A DNA stretch of 64,000 nucleotides from Armatimonadota bacterium (GTDB taxonomy: Bacteria > Armatimonadota > HRBIN16), in contig OY781964.1 in assembly GCA_963677485.1 (NCBI GenBank), positions 4,704,001-4,768,000 on the forward strand, written 5' to 3'. Position numbers and translations under genes: made by a program. Shown one piece after another: positions 39,780-49,254 of this stretch. The stretch's first letter is position 1; every line of letters begins with the position of its first letter. A model generated the notes under the pieces. It did not search any database and was not told the origin of the DNA. It was given only the letters and a program-made list of their open reading frames with translations.

Positions 39780-41051
39780 ATGTCAGAAACAAAATCCGTG
39801 ATGGAGTTACATCGAACGACCCCGCTCTGCGAGGCTGATCCTGCTGTATTCGCTGCAATTGAAGCTGAAAAGACCCGTCAGAACAATCATCTGGAACTCA
39901 TCGCTTCTGAGAATATCGCCAGCAAGGCTGTTCTTGAGGCACTTGGCTCCGTGATGACTGACAAATACGCCGAAGGGTATCCTGGCAAGCGCTATTATGG
40001 CGGCTGCGACTGCGTAGACGTCGTTGAGACACTTGCGATAGATCGCGCGAAAGAGCTCTTCAAAGCCGACCATGCGAATGTCCAACCCCACTCAGGTGCA
40101 CAAGCCAACCAGGGGGTGTACAGCATATTCATGCATCCTGGCGATACGCTGCTGGCTATGGACCTGTCGATGGGCGGCCATCTGACGCACGGTAGCCCGG
40201 TGAATTTCTCAGGAATACTTTACAACGCCGTCCATTACGGTGTGGATAAAGAGACCGAATACATCGACATGAACGTGGTTCGTGACCTGGCCATCAAGCA
40301 CAAACCTAAGGTGATTGTGTCTGGTGCGAGCTGCTATCCACGCACACTGGATTTCGAAGCCTTCCGCTCCATCTGCGACGAAGTCGGTGCATACATGATG
40401 GTAGATATGGCGCACATCGCTGGCTTAGTAGCCGCTGGTGAGCACCCATCACCAGTGCCCTATGCAGACTTCGTAACCACCACTACCCACAAGACATTGC
40501 GCGGTCCGCGTGGCGCGATGATCCTGTGCAAAGAAGAGCATGCTGCTGCCGTTGACAAGGCTGTGTTCCCAGGTATGCAGGGTGGGCCACTGATGCATGC
40601 CATAGCCGCGAAAGCGGTCTGTTTTGGCGAGGCATTAAAGCCTTCGTTCAATACCTATCAACACCAGGTCAAGCTGAACGCTGCCGCACTCGCTGCCGCG
40701 TTGAAGACACTTGGGTATCGGCTGGTATCTGGCGGCACTGACAACCATCTCATGCTGGTGGATCTGCGAACTGCCGGTGTCACAGGACGCAAGGCTCAGA
40801 CCGTGCTCGATAAGGTGTTCATCACCGTAAATCGCAACATGATCCCCTTTGACCCGGAGAAGCCGTTTGTGACCAGTGGTGTCCGCTTAGGCACACCATG
40901 TGTCACCACACGTGGACTGACAGAGGTTCAGATGCCTGTGATAGCCGAACTCATTGACCGCGTGTTGAAGAATGCCGATGACAAAGAGCTGCGTGCAGTC
41001 GTGCGCAATGAGGTGAAAGCCTTATGTCAGCAGTTCCCGGTATTGGCATGA
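39780..41051 (+). CDS. glyA: Serine hydroxymethyltransferase
   Basis: [46 protein letters not shown]. Confidence 0.98.
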   Translation: MSETKSVMELHRTTPLCEADPAVFAAIEAEKTRQNNHLELIASENIASKAVLEALGSVMTDKYAEGYPGKRYYGGCDCVDVVETLAIDRAKELFKADHANVQPHSGAQANQGVYSIFMHPGDTLLAMDLSMGGHLTHGSPVNFSGILYNAVHYGVDKETEYIDMNVVRDLAIKHKPKVIVSGASCYPRTLDFEAFRSICDEVGAYMMVDMAHIAGLVAAGEHPSPVPYADFVTTTTHKTLRGPRGAMILCKEEHAAAVDKAVFPGMQGGPLMHAIAAKAVCFGEALKPSFNTYQHQVKLNAAALAAALKTLGYRLVSGGTDNHLMLVDLRTAGVTGRKAQTVLDKVFITVNRNMIPFDPEKPFVTSGVRLGTPCVTTRGLTEVQMPVIAELIDRVLKNADDKELRAVVRNEVKALCQQFPVLA

Positions 41052-41533
41052 GTTTGGATCACGTGACAGAAGACCGCCCCTCATGGGACGAATACTTCAT
41101 GTCGATCGCTAAGCAGGTCGCCACTCGGGCGACCTGCCCAAGACGCTCGGTAGGGGCCGTCATCGTATTAGACAAACGAATCTTGACGACTGGGTATAAC
41201 GGTGCTCCCAAAGGCCTGAAGCACTGCCCACCAGGTGGCGACCTTCTCGAATGGCCCATGGGCTGTCTTAAGGATGGCCACTGTATACGTGCAGTACATG
41301 CGGAGCAAAACGCCATTTTGCAGGCGGCTTTGAACGGTGTGAGCACTAGAGGAGCTACAGTTTACGTGACCTGCCAGCCATGCAACAACTGTGCAAAAAT
41401 GATCATTAACTGCGGCATCGTGCGTGTGGTGTTTGAGGGAGCATACCCAGACCCATTCGCGATGGAGCTGTTTGATGAGGCCAAGATTCAACTGGTGCAT
41501 CTGCCAGATAAAACGCCAACCGACGGTAAGTGA
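41048..41533 (+). CDS. dCMP deaminase (ComEB-like)
   Basis: [27 protein letters not shown]; ATGA overlap with glyA stop. Confidence 0.9.
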   Translation: MSLDHVTEDRPSWDEYFMSIAKQVATRATCPRRSVGAVIVLDKRILTTGYNGAPKGLKHCPPGGDLLEWPMGCLKDGHCIRAVHAEQNAILQAALNGVSTRGATVYVTCQPCNNCAKMIINCGIVRVVFEGAYPDPFAMELFDEAKIQLVHLPDKTPTDGK

Positions 41534-42519
41534 TGCGTATTGCCCTCGTTACCTTCATATTGTCCTTATTCATCTCAGTTGCGCTCACTCCGTTTGTCGC
41601 CAAATTTGCCCGCAAAATGGGAGCGGTTGACCATGCAGATAAAATGGCGAACGGCGAAAGCCGCAGGATGCACAACTACGCCATCCCCCGCTGGGGTGGG
41701 ATCGCCATCTATTTCGCATTCTGGATAGCTACCCTGGCCATGTGCTGGTTGTTCCGTTTGCATACACCTAGCTGGGTCATTTTCGGATGCGGTAGTTTGA
41801 TTGCGTTATTCGGCCTTTTAGATGATCGCTACCAATATCCGGCATGGATTCAAGCCATCGTGCTGTTAACCGCTGGTGCCATCACGGCGATATATGGTGG
41901 AGTACGAATTACAGGCATCACTAACCCTTTGGCTCCTTTGGAATTTACAGGATACAATCCCGCCCATTGGCTGCCGATGGGGCTTTTTGCGATACCTGTG
42001 ACTATGATCTGGATTTTCGTCGTCACAAAGACTTTTGATACCATTGATGGTTTGGATGGTTTAGCATCGGGCACTGCAGCGATCGCCGCATCTACAATCA
42101 CATTGATGGCTCTAGTCGAGAAATCACCAACGGTGGCCATACCAAGTGCCGCATTAGCCGGTGCAGCCATCGGATTTCTGGCCTACAACTACAATCCAGC
42201 AAGCATCATCATGGGCACGGTCGGTGCACAGTTTATCGGCTATATGCTGTCAGTGTTGGCCATCATGGGTGCGTTTAAGCTGGCTGCCACAGTCTCTGTC
42301 GCGGTGCCATTGCTGGTATTTGCCATTCCATTATTCGATGCTGCTTTTGTGATCTCTCGCCGGCTAGCGGCAGGTGAGAAGATATCGACGGCAGACAAAC
42401 GTCATCTCCATCATTCCCTGCACCGTCGCTTTGGAACTAAAGGCGCCGTCACCATTATCTGGGGGCTGGCAGCCATCGGTTGTCTCGTCTCATTGTCCCT
42501 ATTTTTTGCATCGAGGTAA
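41533..42519 (+). CDS. Undecaprenyl-phosphate GlcNAc-1-phosphate transferase (TagO/WecA, MraY family)
   Basis: PRWGG, GLLDD, IDGLDGLA, YNYNPASI, ADKRHLHH. Confidence 0.88.
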   Translation: MRIALVTFILSLFISVALTPFVAKFARKMGAVDHADKMANGESRRMHNYAIPRWGGIAIYFAFWIATLAMCWLFRLHTPSWVIFGCGSLIALFGLLDDRYQYPAWIQAIVLLTAGAITAIYGGVRITGITNPLAPLEFTGYNPAHWLPMGLFAIPVTMIWIFVVTKTFDTIDGLDGLASGTAAIAASTITLMALVEKSPTVAIPSAALAGAAIGFLAYNYNPASIIMGTVGAQFIGYMLSVLAIMGAFKLAATVSVAVPLLVFAIPLFDAAFVISRRLAAGEKISTADKRHLHHSLHRRFGTKGAVTIIWGLAAIGCLVSLSLFFASR

Positions 42520-42524
42520 TATTA

Positions 42525-43664
42525 TTGGCTACTCAGCCCCGAATCGTAACCGTATTTGGCACGCGTCCTGACGCTATCAAAATGGCACCCGTCGTATTGG
42601 AGTTAAAAAAGTACGAACCACAGATCAAAGTTGATGTGGTGGTTACCGGCCAGCATCGCGAAATGCTTGATCAGGTGCTCGACGTGTTTCATATCACTCC
42701 CGAATACGATCTGAACATCATGCAGCATGGGCAGAGCCTATCGCAGATCACCGCGAGGGTTCTGACTGGTCTGGAGCCCATCTTCAACGAGCTCAAACCT
42801 GATGTCGTGTTCGCGCAGGGAGACACATCCACCACTTTCGTTGCCGGGCTTGCCGCTTTCTACCACAAATCGAAATTCGCCCATGTGGAAGCAGGGTTAC
42901 GTACGCATAACAAGTATAATCCCTTCCCGGAAGAGATGAACCGCATATTAGCGGCTCCATTGGCGGACTACCATTTTGCCCCGACTTCGATGGCCAAAGA
43001 GAACCTGCTTCGTGAAGCGGTCGACCCAAAGCGTATTTGGATTACTGGAAACACGGGTATTGATGCTTTGCTATCGGTAGCCGCCATGAAGCATGAGTTT
43101 GCACAACCGGAACTTGAGGCTCTTCGTCACACAGGACTGCGGACGGTTCTTCTGACAAGCCATCGGCGTGAAAACTGGGGCGAACCACTGACTGACATTT
43201 GCCGTGCCGTGCTCCAGCTTGTCGATATGCACCAGGACATCCAGGTTGTCTTCCCCATGCACCGCAACCCCATCGTGCGCAAGACAGTTGAAGCGATGCT
43301 CGGCCATAAGGATCGCATCACATTGACTGAACCGCCTGACTACAAGCCTTTCGTGAAACTGCAGCAGTTAGCCGAGTTGATATTGACTGACAGTGGAGGG
43401 GTTCAAGAAGAGGCACCTAGCCTTGGTAAACCGGTTCTGGTGCTGCGTGAGACAACAGAGCGGCAAGAGGGGGTCACAGCGGGGACAGCTCTGCTAGTGG
43501 GCACAGACACCGAAAGGATCATTTCAGAAGCTACTAGTCTGCTTACGAACAAGCAGCACTACCACCAAATGGCTAACGCCACTAATCCATACGGTGATGG
43601 CACAGCAGCACAGCAGATTTGCCAAATAGTGCTAAAAGAGTATGGGATTGTGAGTGTAGCTTAG
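42525..43664 (+). CDS. wecB: UDP-N-acetylglucosamine 2-epimerase (non-hydrolysing)
   Basis: FGTRP, TGQHREML, QGDT, HVEAGLR, PFPEE, HRREN, TDSGGVQEEAP, PYGDG; TTG start after GAGG. Confidence 0.94.
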   Translation: MATQPRIVTVFGTRPDAIKMAPVVLELKKYEPQIKVDVVVTGQHREMLDQVLDVFHITPEYDLNIMQHGQSLSQITARVLTGLEPIFNELKPDVVFAQGDTSTTFVAGLAAFYHKSKFAHVEAGLRTHNKYNPFPEEMNRILAAPLADYHFAPTSMAKENLLREAVDPKRIWITGNTGIDALLSVAAMKHEFAQPELEALRHTGLRTVLLTSHRRENWGEPLTDICRAVLQLVDMHQDIQVVFPMHRNPIVRKTVEAMLGHKDRITLTEPPDYKPFVKLQQLAELILTDSGGVQEEAPSLGKPVLVLRETTERQEGVTAGTALLVGTDTERIISEATSLLTNKQHYHQMANATNPYGDGTAAQQICQIVLKEYGIVSVA

Positions 43665-44738
43665 ATGTCAACAGCCAAGACCGAACAACCGATACAGACA
43701 TTCTTCAGGCTCAGCGGGCGAGTGGTCTTGGTGTTGTTCGGAATCTATCTCATATATGACCTCAAAAATGTGATATTCACCATTATCGCTGCTGCGGCAT
43801 TTGCATATCCGATTGGCTGGATTGTGAAGGCGGGTATGAGGTTCAAGCCGAAGTGGCTATCCTTACGCCTCTACCACATCATCTCATGCTTGATTGGAAT
43901 ATTGGGTTTCATCGGTCTGTGGATATGGTCTGGTTTTATCGTTTACGTTCCTTTTCGGAATGAGATCACAAGCCTGAATTCCAACTGGGATACCTATCAA
44001 CTTCAGTTAAGTAAGATGTTTGGTGGTGTAGAGGACTGGTATAGGTCACTTCCAACCGCATTGCGCGATATCCTGGAAAATCAAAACATGAACAATGGTA
44101 TCAGCAATATGTCCAAGTTTATGGGTGGATTGCTGACACATACTACCAGAGTTGTGAGTTATGTTGTTGAAATAGTGTTGATTCCTGTGATTGCATTTTA
44201 CTTCCTGGTCGATGGCTATTCGATGCGCAAAGAGATTGTCGGTTCGTTACCAAAAAGACTATGGAAGTCAGCAACATGGGCTTTGCGCGAAGCAAACCTG
44301 ATATTTGAGAACTATGTCATCGGCCAGATCATCCTGTGTGTCATCGCAGGAGTAGTCGTATGGCTGGGGCTTAGCCTGCTCGGTGTGCATTATGCATTGG
44401 TACTCGGTGTGATGGCCGGTGTCACCCGCGCTGTGCCCGTGATCGGCCCCATTATCGGTGCGATCCCCATCGTCCTCTTGGCGGCAGCCCAGTATCCCAC
44501 CGATCTATCTGTAGCCGTGAAGGTACTGGTGTTCTTCAGCATCATGCATCTAGTGGAGAGTAAGTTCATTCTGCCGATATTGCTGGGAGATCGACTGAAG
44601 CTTCATCCCGTGTTTGTGATCGTCGCCTTGCTGGTAGGCGGGCAGTTTGCAGGGTTACCCGGCATGATCCTGGCGGCTCCGATTGCTGCGATCATCAGAA
44701 TCATGTACCGCAGATTCAAATTGGGCTTACGAAACTAG
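43665..44738 (+). CDS. AI-2E family (UPF0118) transporter
   Basis: Multi-TM; FYFLVDG, YVIGQ, VPVIGP, LKLHP, GMILAAP. Confidence 0.88.
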   Translation: MSTAKTEQPIQTFFRLSGRVVLVLFGIYLIYDLKNVIFTIIAAAAFAYPIGWIVKAGMRFKPKWLSLRLYHIISCLIGILGFIGLWIWSGFIVYVPFRNEITSLNSNWDTYQLQLSKMFGGVEDWYRSLPTALRDILENQNMNNGISNMSKFMGGLLTHTTRVVSYVVEIVLIPVIAFYFLVDGYSMRKEIVGSLPKRLWKSATWALREANLIFENYVIGQIILCVIAGVVVWLGLSLLGVHYALVLGVMAGVTRAVPVIGPIIGAIPIVLLAAAQYPTDLSVAVKVLVFFSIMHLVESKFILPILLGDRLKLHPVFVIVALLVGGQFAGLPGMILAAPIAAIIRIMYRRFKLGLRN

Positions 44739-44746
44739 GAGAATTG

Positions 44747-45568
44747 ATGAACGAATATCTACACACCATCATATTGGGCATTCTGCAGGGGCTCGGTGAG
44801 TTCCTCCCAATATCCAGCTCCGGCCATTTACTGCTGGCACCGTACCTATTCGGATGGAATGAGATGGGGGATAATGCCAAATTGGTGTATGACTGTGCTT
44901 TGCACGTCGGCACCACTGCGGCACTTATCATCTTCTTCTGGAAGGACTTGACGTCGATTTTCGGCGCACTGATCAAGAAGGAAGTGAAGGCCGAACCGAA
45001 CCGTCGATTAGCCTGGCTACTGCTGATGGGTTGTGTCCCTGCAGCCATCATTGGTGTTTTAGGCGAATCGAAGATTGAGGCGATCTTCCGTAACAGCCCC
45101 CGATCCATTGCCACGGCCCTGATTGTGATGGGCGTCATTCTATGGATAGCCGACAGACTGAGCAAACGCAACAGGGGATATGAAACGCTCAAACCATGGG
45201 AAGCCATCAGTATCGGCCTTGCCCAGGCACTGGCCCTGATCCCAGGCGTAAGCCGCTCAGGAGCCACTCTGACCGCCGGACTCAGTATGGGACTTAGCCG
45301 TGAGGCCGCCGCAAGATTTTCTTTCTTGATGTCGGCTCCAATCACACTGGGTGCCGCACTATGGGCGTTCCGACACTTGGTCAAGACCCCGCCTAATGCG
45401 CACTATGTGGGATTGCTCGTGGTAGGGGCCATCACCTCTGCGGTCGTAGGCTATGTGTGCATTGCCTTCATGCTGAACTACATTAAGAAACACTCCATGA
45501 CGCTGTTTACCGTGTACAGGCTGGTTCTAGGTGTAGGCGTATTTGTGGTTTGGTATATGCGTCAGTAG
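44747..45568 (+). CDS. uppP: Undecaprenyl-diphosphate phosphatase
   Basis: QGLGEFLPISSSGHL, LHVGT, PGVSRSGAT, AARFSFL. Confidence 0.95.
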   Translation: MNEYLHTIILGILQGLGEFLPISSSGHLLLAPYLFGWNEMGDNAKLVYDCALHVGTTAALIIFFWKDLTSIFGALIKKEVKAEPNRRLAWLLLMGCVPAAIIGVLGESKIEAIFRNSPRSIATALIVMGVILWIADRLSKRNRGYETLKPWEAISIGLAQALALIPGVSRSGATLTAGLSMGLSREAAARFSFLMSAPITLGAALWAFRHLVKTPPNAHYVGLLVVGAITSAVVGYVCIAFMLNYIKKHSMTLFTVYRLVLGVGVFVVWYMRQ

Positions 45569-45604
45569 GACGGCATTCACCGAGGAAGTCACACTGAATT
45601 AAAT

Positions 45605-45638
45605 AGCCCTTCAAGCATCTTGTGCTGCTTGAAGGGCT
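45605..45638. terminator. Hairpin between convergent uppP and nrdJ, probable bidirectional terminator
   Basis: 13 bp stem AGCCCTTCAAGCA/TGCTTGAAGGGCT. Confidence 0.7.
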
Positions 45639-45667
45639 TCTGTATATCGACCCGGCGTCTTACACTG

Positions 45668-48505
45668 TTACGAGCAGCCGCTGGTAGAGCCGCAGTTCAG
45701 ACACTTATAACAGGCTCCGTTGCGCACCATGATGCTGCCGCACTCTGCGCAGGGTGGTGCATCGGACTGCAGCTGGAAGACCCTGGGCTCAACATCACCT
45801 AGACTAGATGATGCTTGGGTGGGCGCCTTGCTCATTGCCGGACGTTCGCCAAGTTTAGTCTGGTTCTCTATCGATATTGGCTCTGTGTTTGGTCGATTCT
45901 CAGGCGAAAGGAACTTGAGTGCCAACCAGCGGAAGATGTAGTCCATGATCGACTTAGCAAACCGGATATTCGGGTTATTCGTGACACCCGATGGTTCAAA
46001 CCGGCTGTGAGCGAACTTGTTCACCAGTGTGGTCAAAGGAACGCCATACTGAAGGGCCAACGAGATGGCCGTAGCAAAGCTGTCCATCAATCCGCTGACG
46101 ACAGATCCCTCTTTACTCATGGTGATGAATATCTCACCTGGCACGCCGCTCGGATATAACCCGACCGTTATGTAGCCTTCATGCCCGGCGATGCTGAACT
46201 TATGTGTAACACTCGCACGTTCATCTGGCAGTTTGTGGCGCACTGACCGATATTCAGGCTCTACGGCCACATCGGTTGCTGCTGGCTTATCTTCAACCTT
46301 GGCAGCCTTATCTGACTGCGTAGTATTAAGCGGTTGGGTTCGCTTGCTGCCGTCGCGGTAAATGGCAACCGCCTTGACGCCCATCTGCCATGCTTCGACA
46401 TATGCCTGCATGATCTCTTCAATACTCGCCTCATTGGGCATATTGACAGTCTTGCTGATGGCACCACTCAAAAATGGTTGGACTGCCGCCATCATTTTGA
46501 TGTGCCCTTTATAGTTGATGCATCGGTTGCCTTTAGCAGGCCGGAAGGCGCAATCAAATACCGGTAGATCGCTGGGCTTGAGGTCAGGTGCCCCCTCAAT
46601 GGTGTCTTCCACCTCGATATAGTCCAGTATATTGTGTATCTGCTCCCCAGAGTAGCCAAGTTTATGCAAAGCAGCAGGGACTGTCTGGTTGACGAGTTTC
46701 ATATAACCGCCGCCCACCAAAGTTTTGTACTTGACGAGGGCGATGTCAGGCTCGATGCCAGTGGTGTCGCAGTCCATCATGAAAGCGATGGTACCTGTCG
46801 GGGCCAACACCGTCACTTGGGCGTTGCGATATCCCGCTTTCGATCCTAACCTCAGTGCTTCATCCCAACTCGCACGTGCCTCACTTAACATTACAGGCGG
46901 CACTTTTTCGGGGTCAGCGATATGATCGATGGCCTGACGATGCATATTCATTACATTCAGCATCGGCTCCTTGTTAATCGCATAGCTAGGGAACGCCCCC
47001 CCGTGTTTGCTCGCAATGGCCGCCGATGTGGCATATGCTTCGCCTGTCATGATGGCGGTGATGGTCGCCGCATAGGCTCTACCAGCCGCATCATCGTAAG
47101 GCAGTCCGCGCGACATGAGCAGTGCTCCCAGGTTGGCGTATCCCAAACCCAGGGGGCGGAACTCATGACTGTTGTATGTGATTTGCGGCGTAGGATAAGC
47201 TGCCCTGTCGATCATAATTTCTTGGGCGACGATCAGTATCCTGACAGCGTGTTTGAATGATTCATGATCAAACTCGCCGTCGTCAGTGATGAATTTCATC
47301 AGGTTGAGGCTGGCCAGGTTACACGCTGTATCGTCCAGAAAGATGAACTCGCTGCAGGGGTTACTGGCGTTAATGCGGTCCGTATTTTTGCATGTGTGCC
47401 ATTTGTTGATCATGCTGTCAAATTGCAGCCCCGGATCACCGCATATCCACGTGGATTCCGCAATGGCGTACATCATGTCCCGAGCTTCCAGCTCTTCCGA
47501 CACCTGTCCTGTGCTGATAAAGTGGGTTTGCCATTTGCGTCGGTCGATAGAGGCCTGCATGAACTCATCGGTGACACGCACGGAGTGGTTCGCGTTTTGA
47601 TAACTCACACTATCATAGGCGCCACCAGCCACGTTAAAGCTGCCGTCAAACCCTGACTCAATCAGCGCCCAGGCCTTCTTTTCCTCGCGGGACTTGCAGG
47701 TGATAAATGACATGATATCAGGATGATCATCGTTCAATATTACCATCTTGGCCGCGCGACGAGTTTTACCACCGCTCTTAATCACTCCGGCGAAAGCGTC
47801 AAAGCCCTTCATGAAGCTGACTGGCCCAGACGCCGTCCCGCCGCCTCGCAGCGGTTCTTTGGATGATCGTAGGCGTGAGAAGTTCGTGCCCGTGCCAGAG
47901 CCGTATTTAAATAGCATACCCTCAGTACGAGCGAGGCGGAGAATGCTCTCCATATCGTCGTTCACCGAGTTGATGAAGCACGCACTTGCTTGAGGCCGTT
48001 CACCCGGAACGCCGATGTTGAACCACACAGGACTATTAAAACTCGCCATTTGATAGAGCAATATATGAATTAGCTCGTTGTGAAACGCAGCCGCATCATC
48101 ATCGCTGGCGAAATACCCGTCGGTCTTGCCCCATTCGGCAATAGTATCGGCCACACGGTCAATGAGCTGTTTGACACTGTATTCCCGCTGTGTGGAACCC
48201 AAAAGTCCGCGGAAGTATTTGCTGGCCACGACATTCGTAGCGAGTTGGCTCCAGAATGCCGGCATCTCCAGATTGTCCTGTTCAAAAACCTTGCCCTTGT
48301 CACCATTGATGGTGGCTTTACGCATTTCCCAAGTGACTGTGTCAAAAGGGTGTTTACCTGGGGTGGTATATTTCCGAGATATCTGCAGTCCTGTAGCCTT
48401 GGTATTCCGCCAGTTGGCAGAGATGTTGCCCATCGACTGTTCTGCGGTGATATCTTCCGAACTCGATACAGGACGTCTCAAATCAGAAAGCTGTTTTGAT
48501 TCCAT
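45668..48505 (-). CDS. nrdJ: Class II (B12-dependent) ribonucleotide reductase with C-terminal TSCPD-like domain and Zn ribbon
   Basis: FNSPVWFN, QASACFI, KSGGKTRRAAKM, SNPCSE, GLGYANLG, APTGTI, SGAISKTVN, YRDGSK, CAECG...CLNCG; start uncertain. Confidence 0.94.
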   Translation of the reverse strand: MESKQLSDLRRPVSSSEDITAEQSMGNISANWRNTKATGLQISRKYTTPGKHPFDTVTWEMRKATINGDKGKVFEQDNLEMPAFWSQLATNVVASKYFRGLLGSTQREYSVKQLIDRVADTIAEWGKTDGYFASDDDAAAFHNELIHILLYQMASFNSPVWFNIGVPGERPQASACFINSVNDDMESILRLARTEGMLFKYGSGTGTNFSRLRSSKEPLRGGGTASGPVSFMKGFDAFAGVIKSGGKTRRAAKMVILNDDHPDIMSFITCKSREEKKAWALIESGFDGSFNVAGGAYDSVSYQNANHSVRVTDEFMQASIDRRKWQTHFISTGQVSEELEARDMMYAIAESTWICGDPGLQFDSMINKWHTCKNTDRINASNPCSEFIFLDDTACNLASLNLMKFITDDGEFDHESFKHAVRILIVAQEIMIDRAAYPTPQITYNSHEFRPLGLGYANLGALLMSRGLPYDDAAGRAYAATITAIMTGEAYATSAAIASKHGGAFPSYAINKEPMLNVMNMHRQAIDHIADPEKVPPVMLSEARASWDEALRLGSKAGYRNAQVTVLAPTGTIAFMMDCDTTGIEPDIALVKYKTLVGGGYMKLVNQTVPAALHKLGYSGEQIHNILDYIEVEDTIEGAPDLKPSDLPVFDCAFRPAKGNRCINYKGHIKMMAAVQPFLSGAISKTVNMPNEASIEEIMQAYVEAWQMGVKAVAIYRDGSKRTQPLNTTQSDKAAKVEDKPAATDVAVEPEYRSVRHKLPDERASVTHKFSIAGHEGYITVGLYPSGVPGEIFITMSKEGSVVSGLMDSFATAISLALQYGVPLTTLVNKFAHSRFEPSGVTNNPNIRFAKSIMDYIFRWLALKFLSPENRPNTEPISIENQTKLGERPAMSKAPTQASSSLGDVEPRVFQLQSDAPPCAECGSIMVRNGACYKCLNCGSTSGCS

Positions 48506-48558
48506 ACTATGACGACACTCCGTTAGTGATAATGAATAGGTAATCACGACTCAGAAAC

Positions 48559-49011
48559 TTAGTTCTGAGCCATCCAGTTGACGAGTTCTTTGAACTCCTC
48601 TGCGTTATGAAACTTTTTGTAAACTGAAGCAAAACGCACATATGCCACGGCATCAAGATTTTGCAGCCGATGCATGACCATTTCGCCAATGGACAAAGAA
48701 TCAAGTTCCGTCCGGCCGCTGTCTATCGCTTCGCGCTCCACTTCATCGACCAATTCCTGTAACTGATCGTCAGAGACAGGTCGTTTTTGGCAAGCCATCC
48801 TAAGCCCATTGAGCAGCTTGTGACGGTCAAAACGCTCTCTGCGCCCGTCACGTTTCACCACATGAAGCTGGTGCTCTTCAATCTGCTCAAATGTGGTAAA
48901 CCGGCGACCGCAATCCAGGCATTCGCGACGACGCCTGGTCGCCTCTCCGTCTCTCACGGAGCGTGATGCCAATACTTTGTCTTCCAGATGACCGCAAAAA
49001 GGGCATTTCAT
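48559..49011 (-). CDS. nrdR: Transcriptional repressor NrdR
   Basis: [26 protein letters not shown] cone, [10 protein letters not shown]. Confidence 0.97.
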   Translation of the reverse strand: MKCPFCGHLEDKVLASRSVRDGEATRRRRECLDCGRRFTTFEQIEEHQLHVVKRDGRRERFDRHKLLNGLRMACQKRPVSDDQLQELVDEVEREAIDSGRTELDSLSIGEMVMHRLQNLDAVAYVRFASVYKKFHNAEEFKELVNWMAQN

Positions 49012-49034
49012 GTGGGCCGCCTCAAAAATCGCGT

Positions 49035-49082
49035 GGTGTATATATAGTGCCTACATAAGAAGTTTAGCACCATATATGGCGT
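49035..49082. promoter_or_regulatory. Tandem NrdR boxes
   Basis: GCACCATATATGGCGT (49067-49082) fits acaCwAtATaTwGtgt; weaker GCACTATATATACACC (minus strand, 49035-49050) is 32 bp away. Confidence 0.72.
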
Positions 49083-49254
49083 CATGCAAGCTCTAGTCGT
49101 AAAATTACCAAACCAGCGCCGTTTAGCTATGGCCATTCTGGCCGGATGCGCATCATTGTTATATTGTTTAGAGAACGGGCAGGAAATGTGTCTGACATTG
49201 GCGAAATGTGAGAGGTAATAGATGGCTTGATCATCTCTAATCTAGGAGAATCCG

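Noticed and set aside
45668-48505. Intein or intron in nrdJ
   Set aside because: Motifs are contiguous with no splice-junction signatures; length is explained by the C-terminal domains
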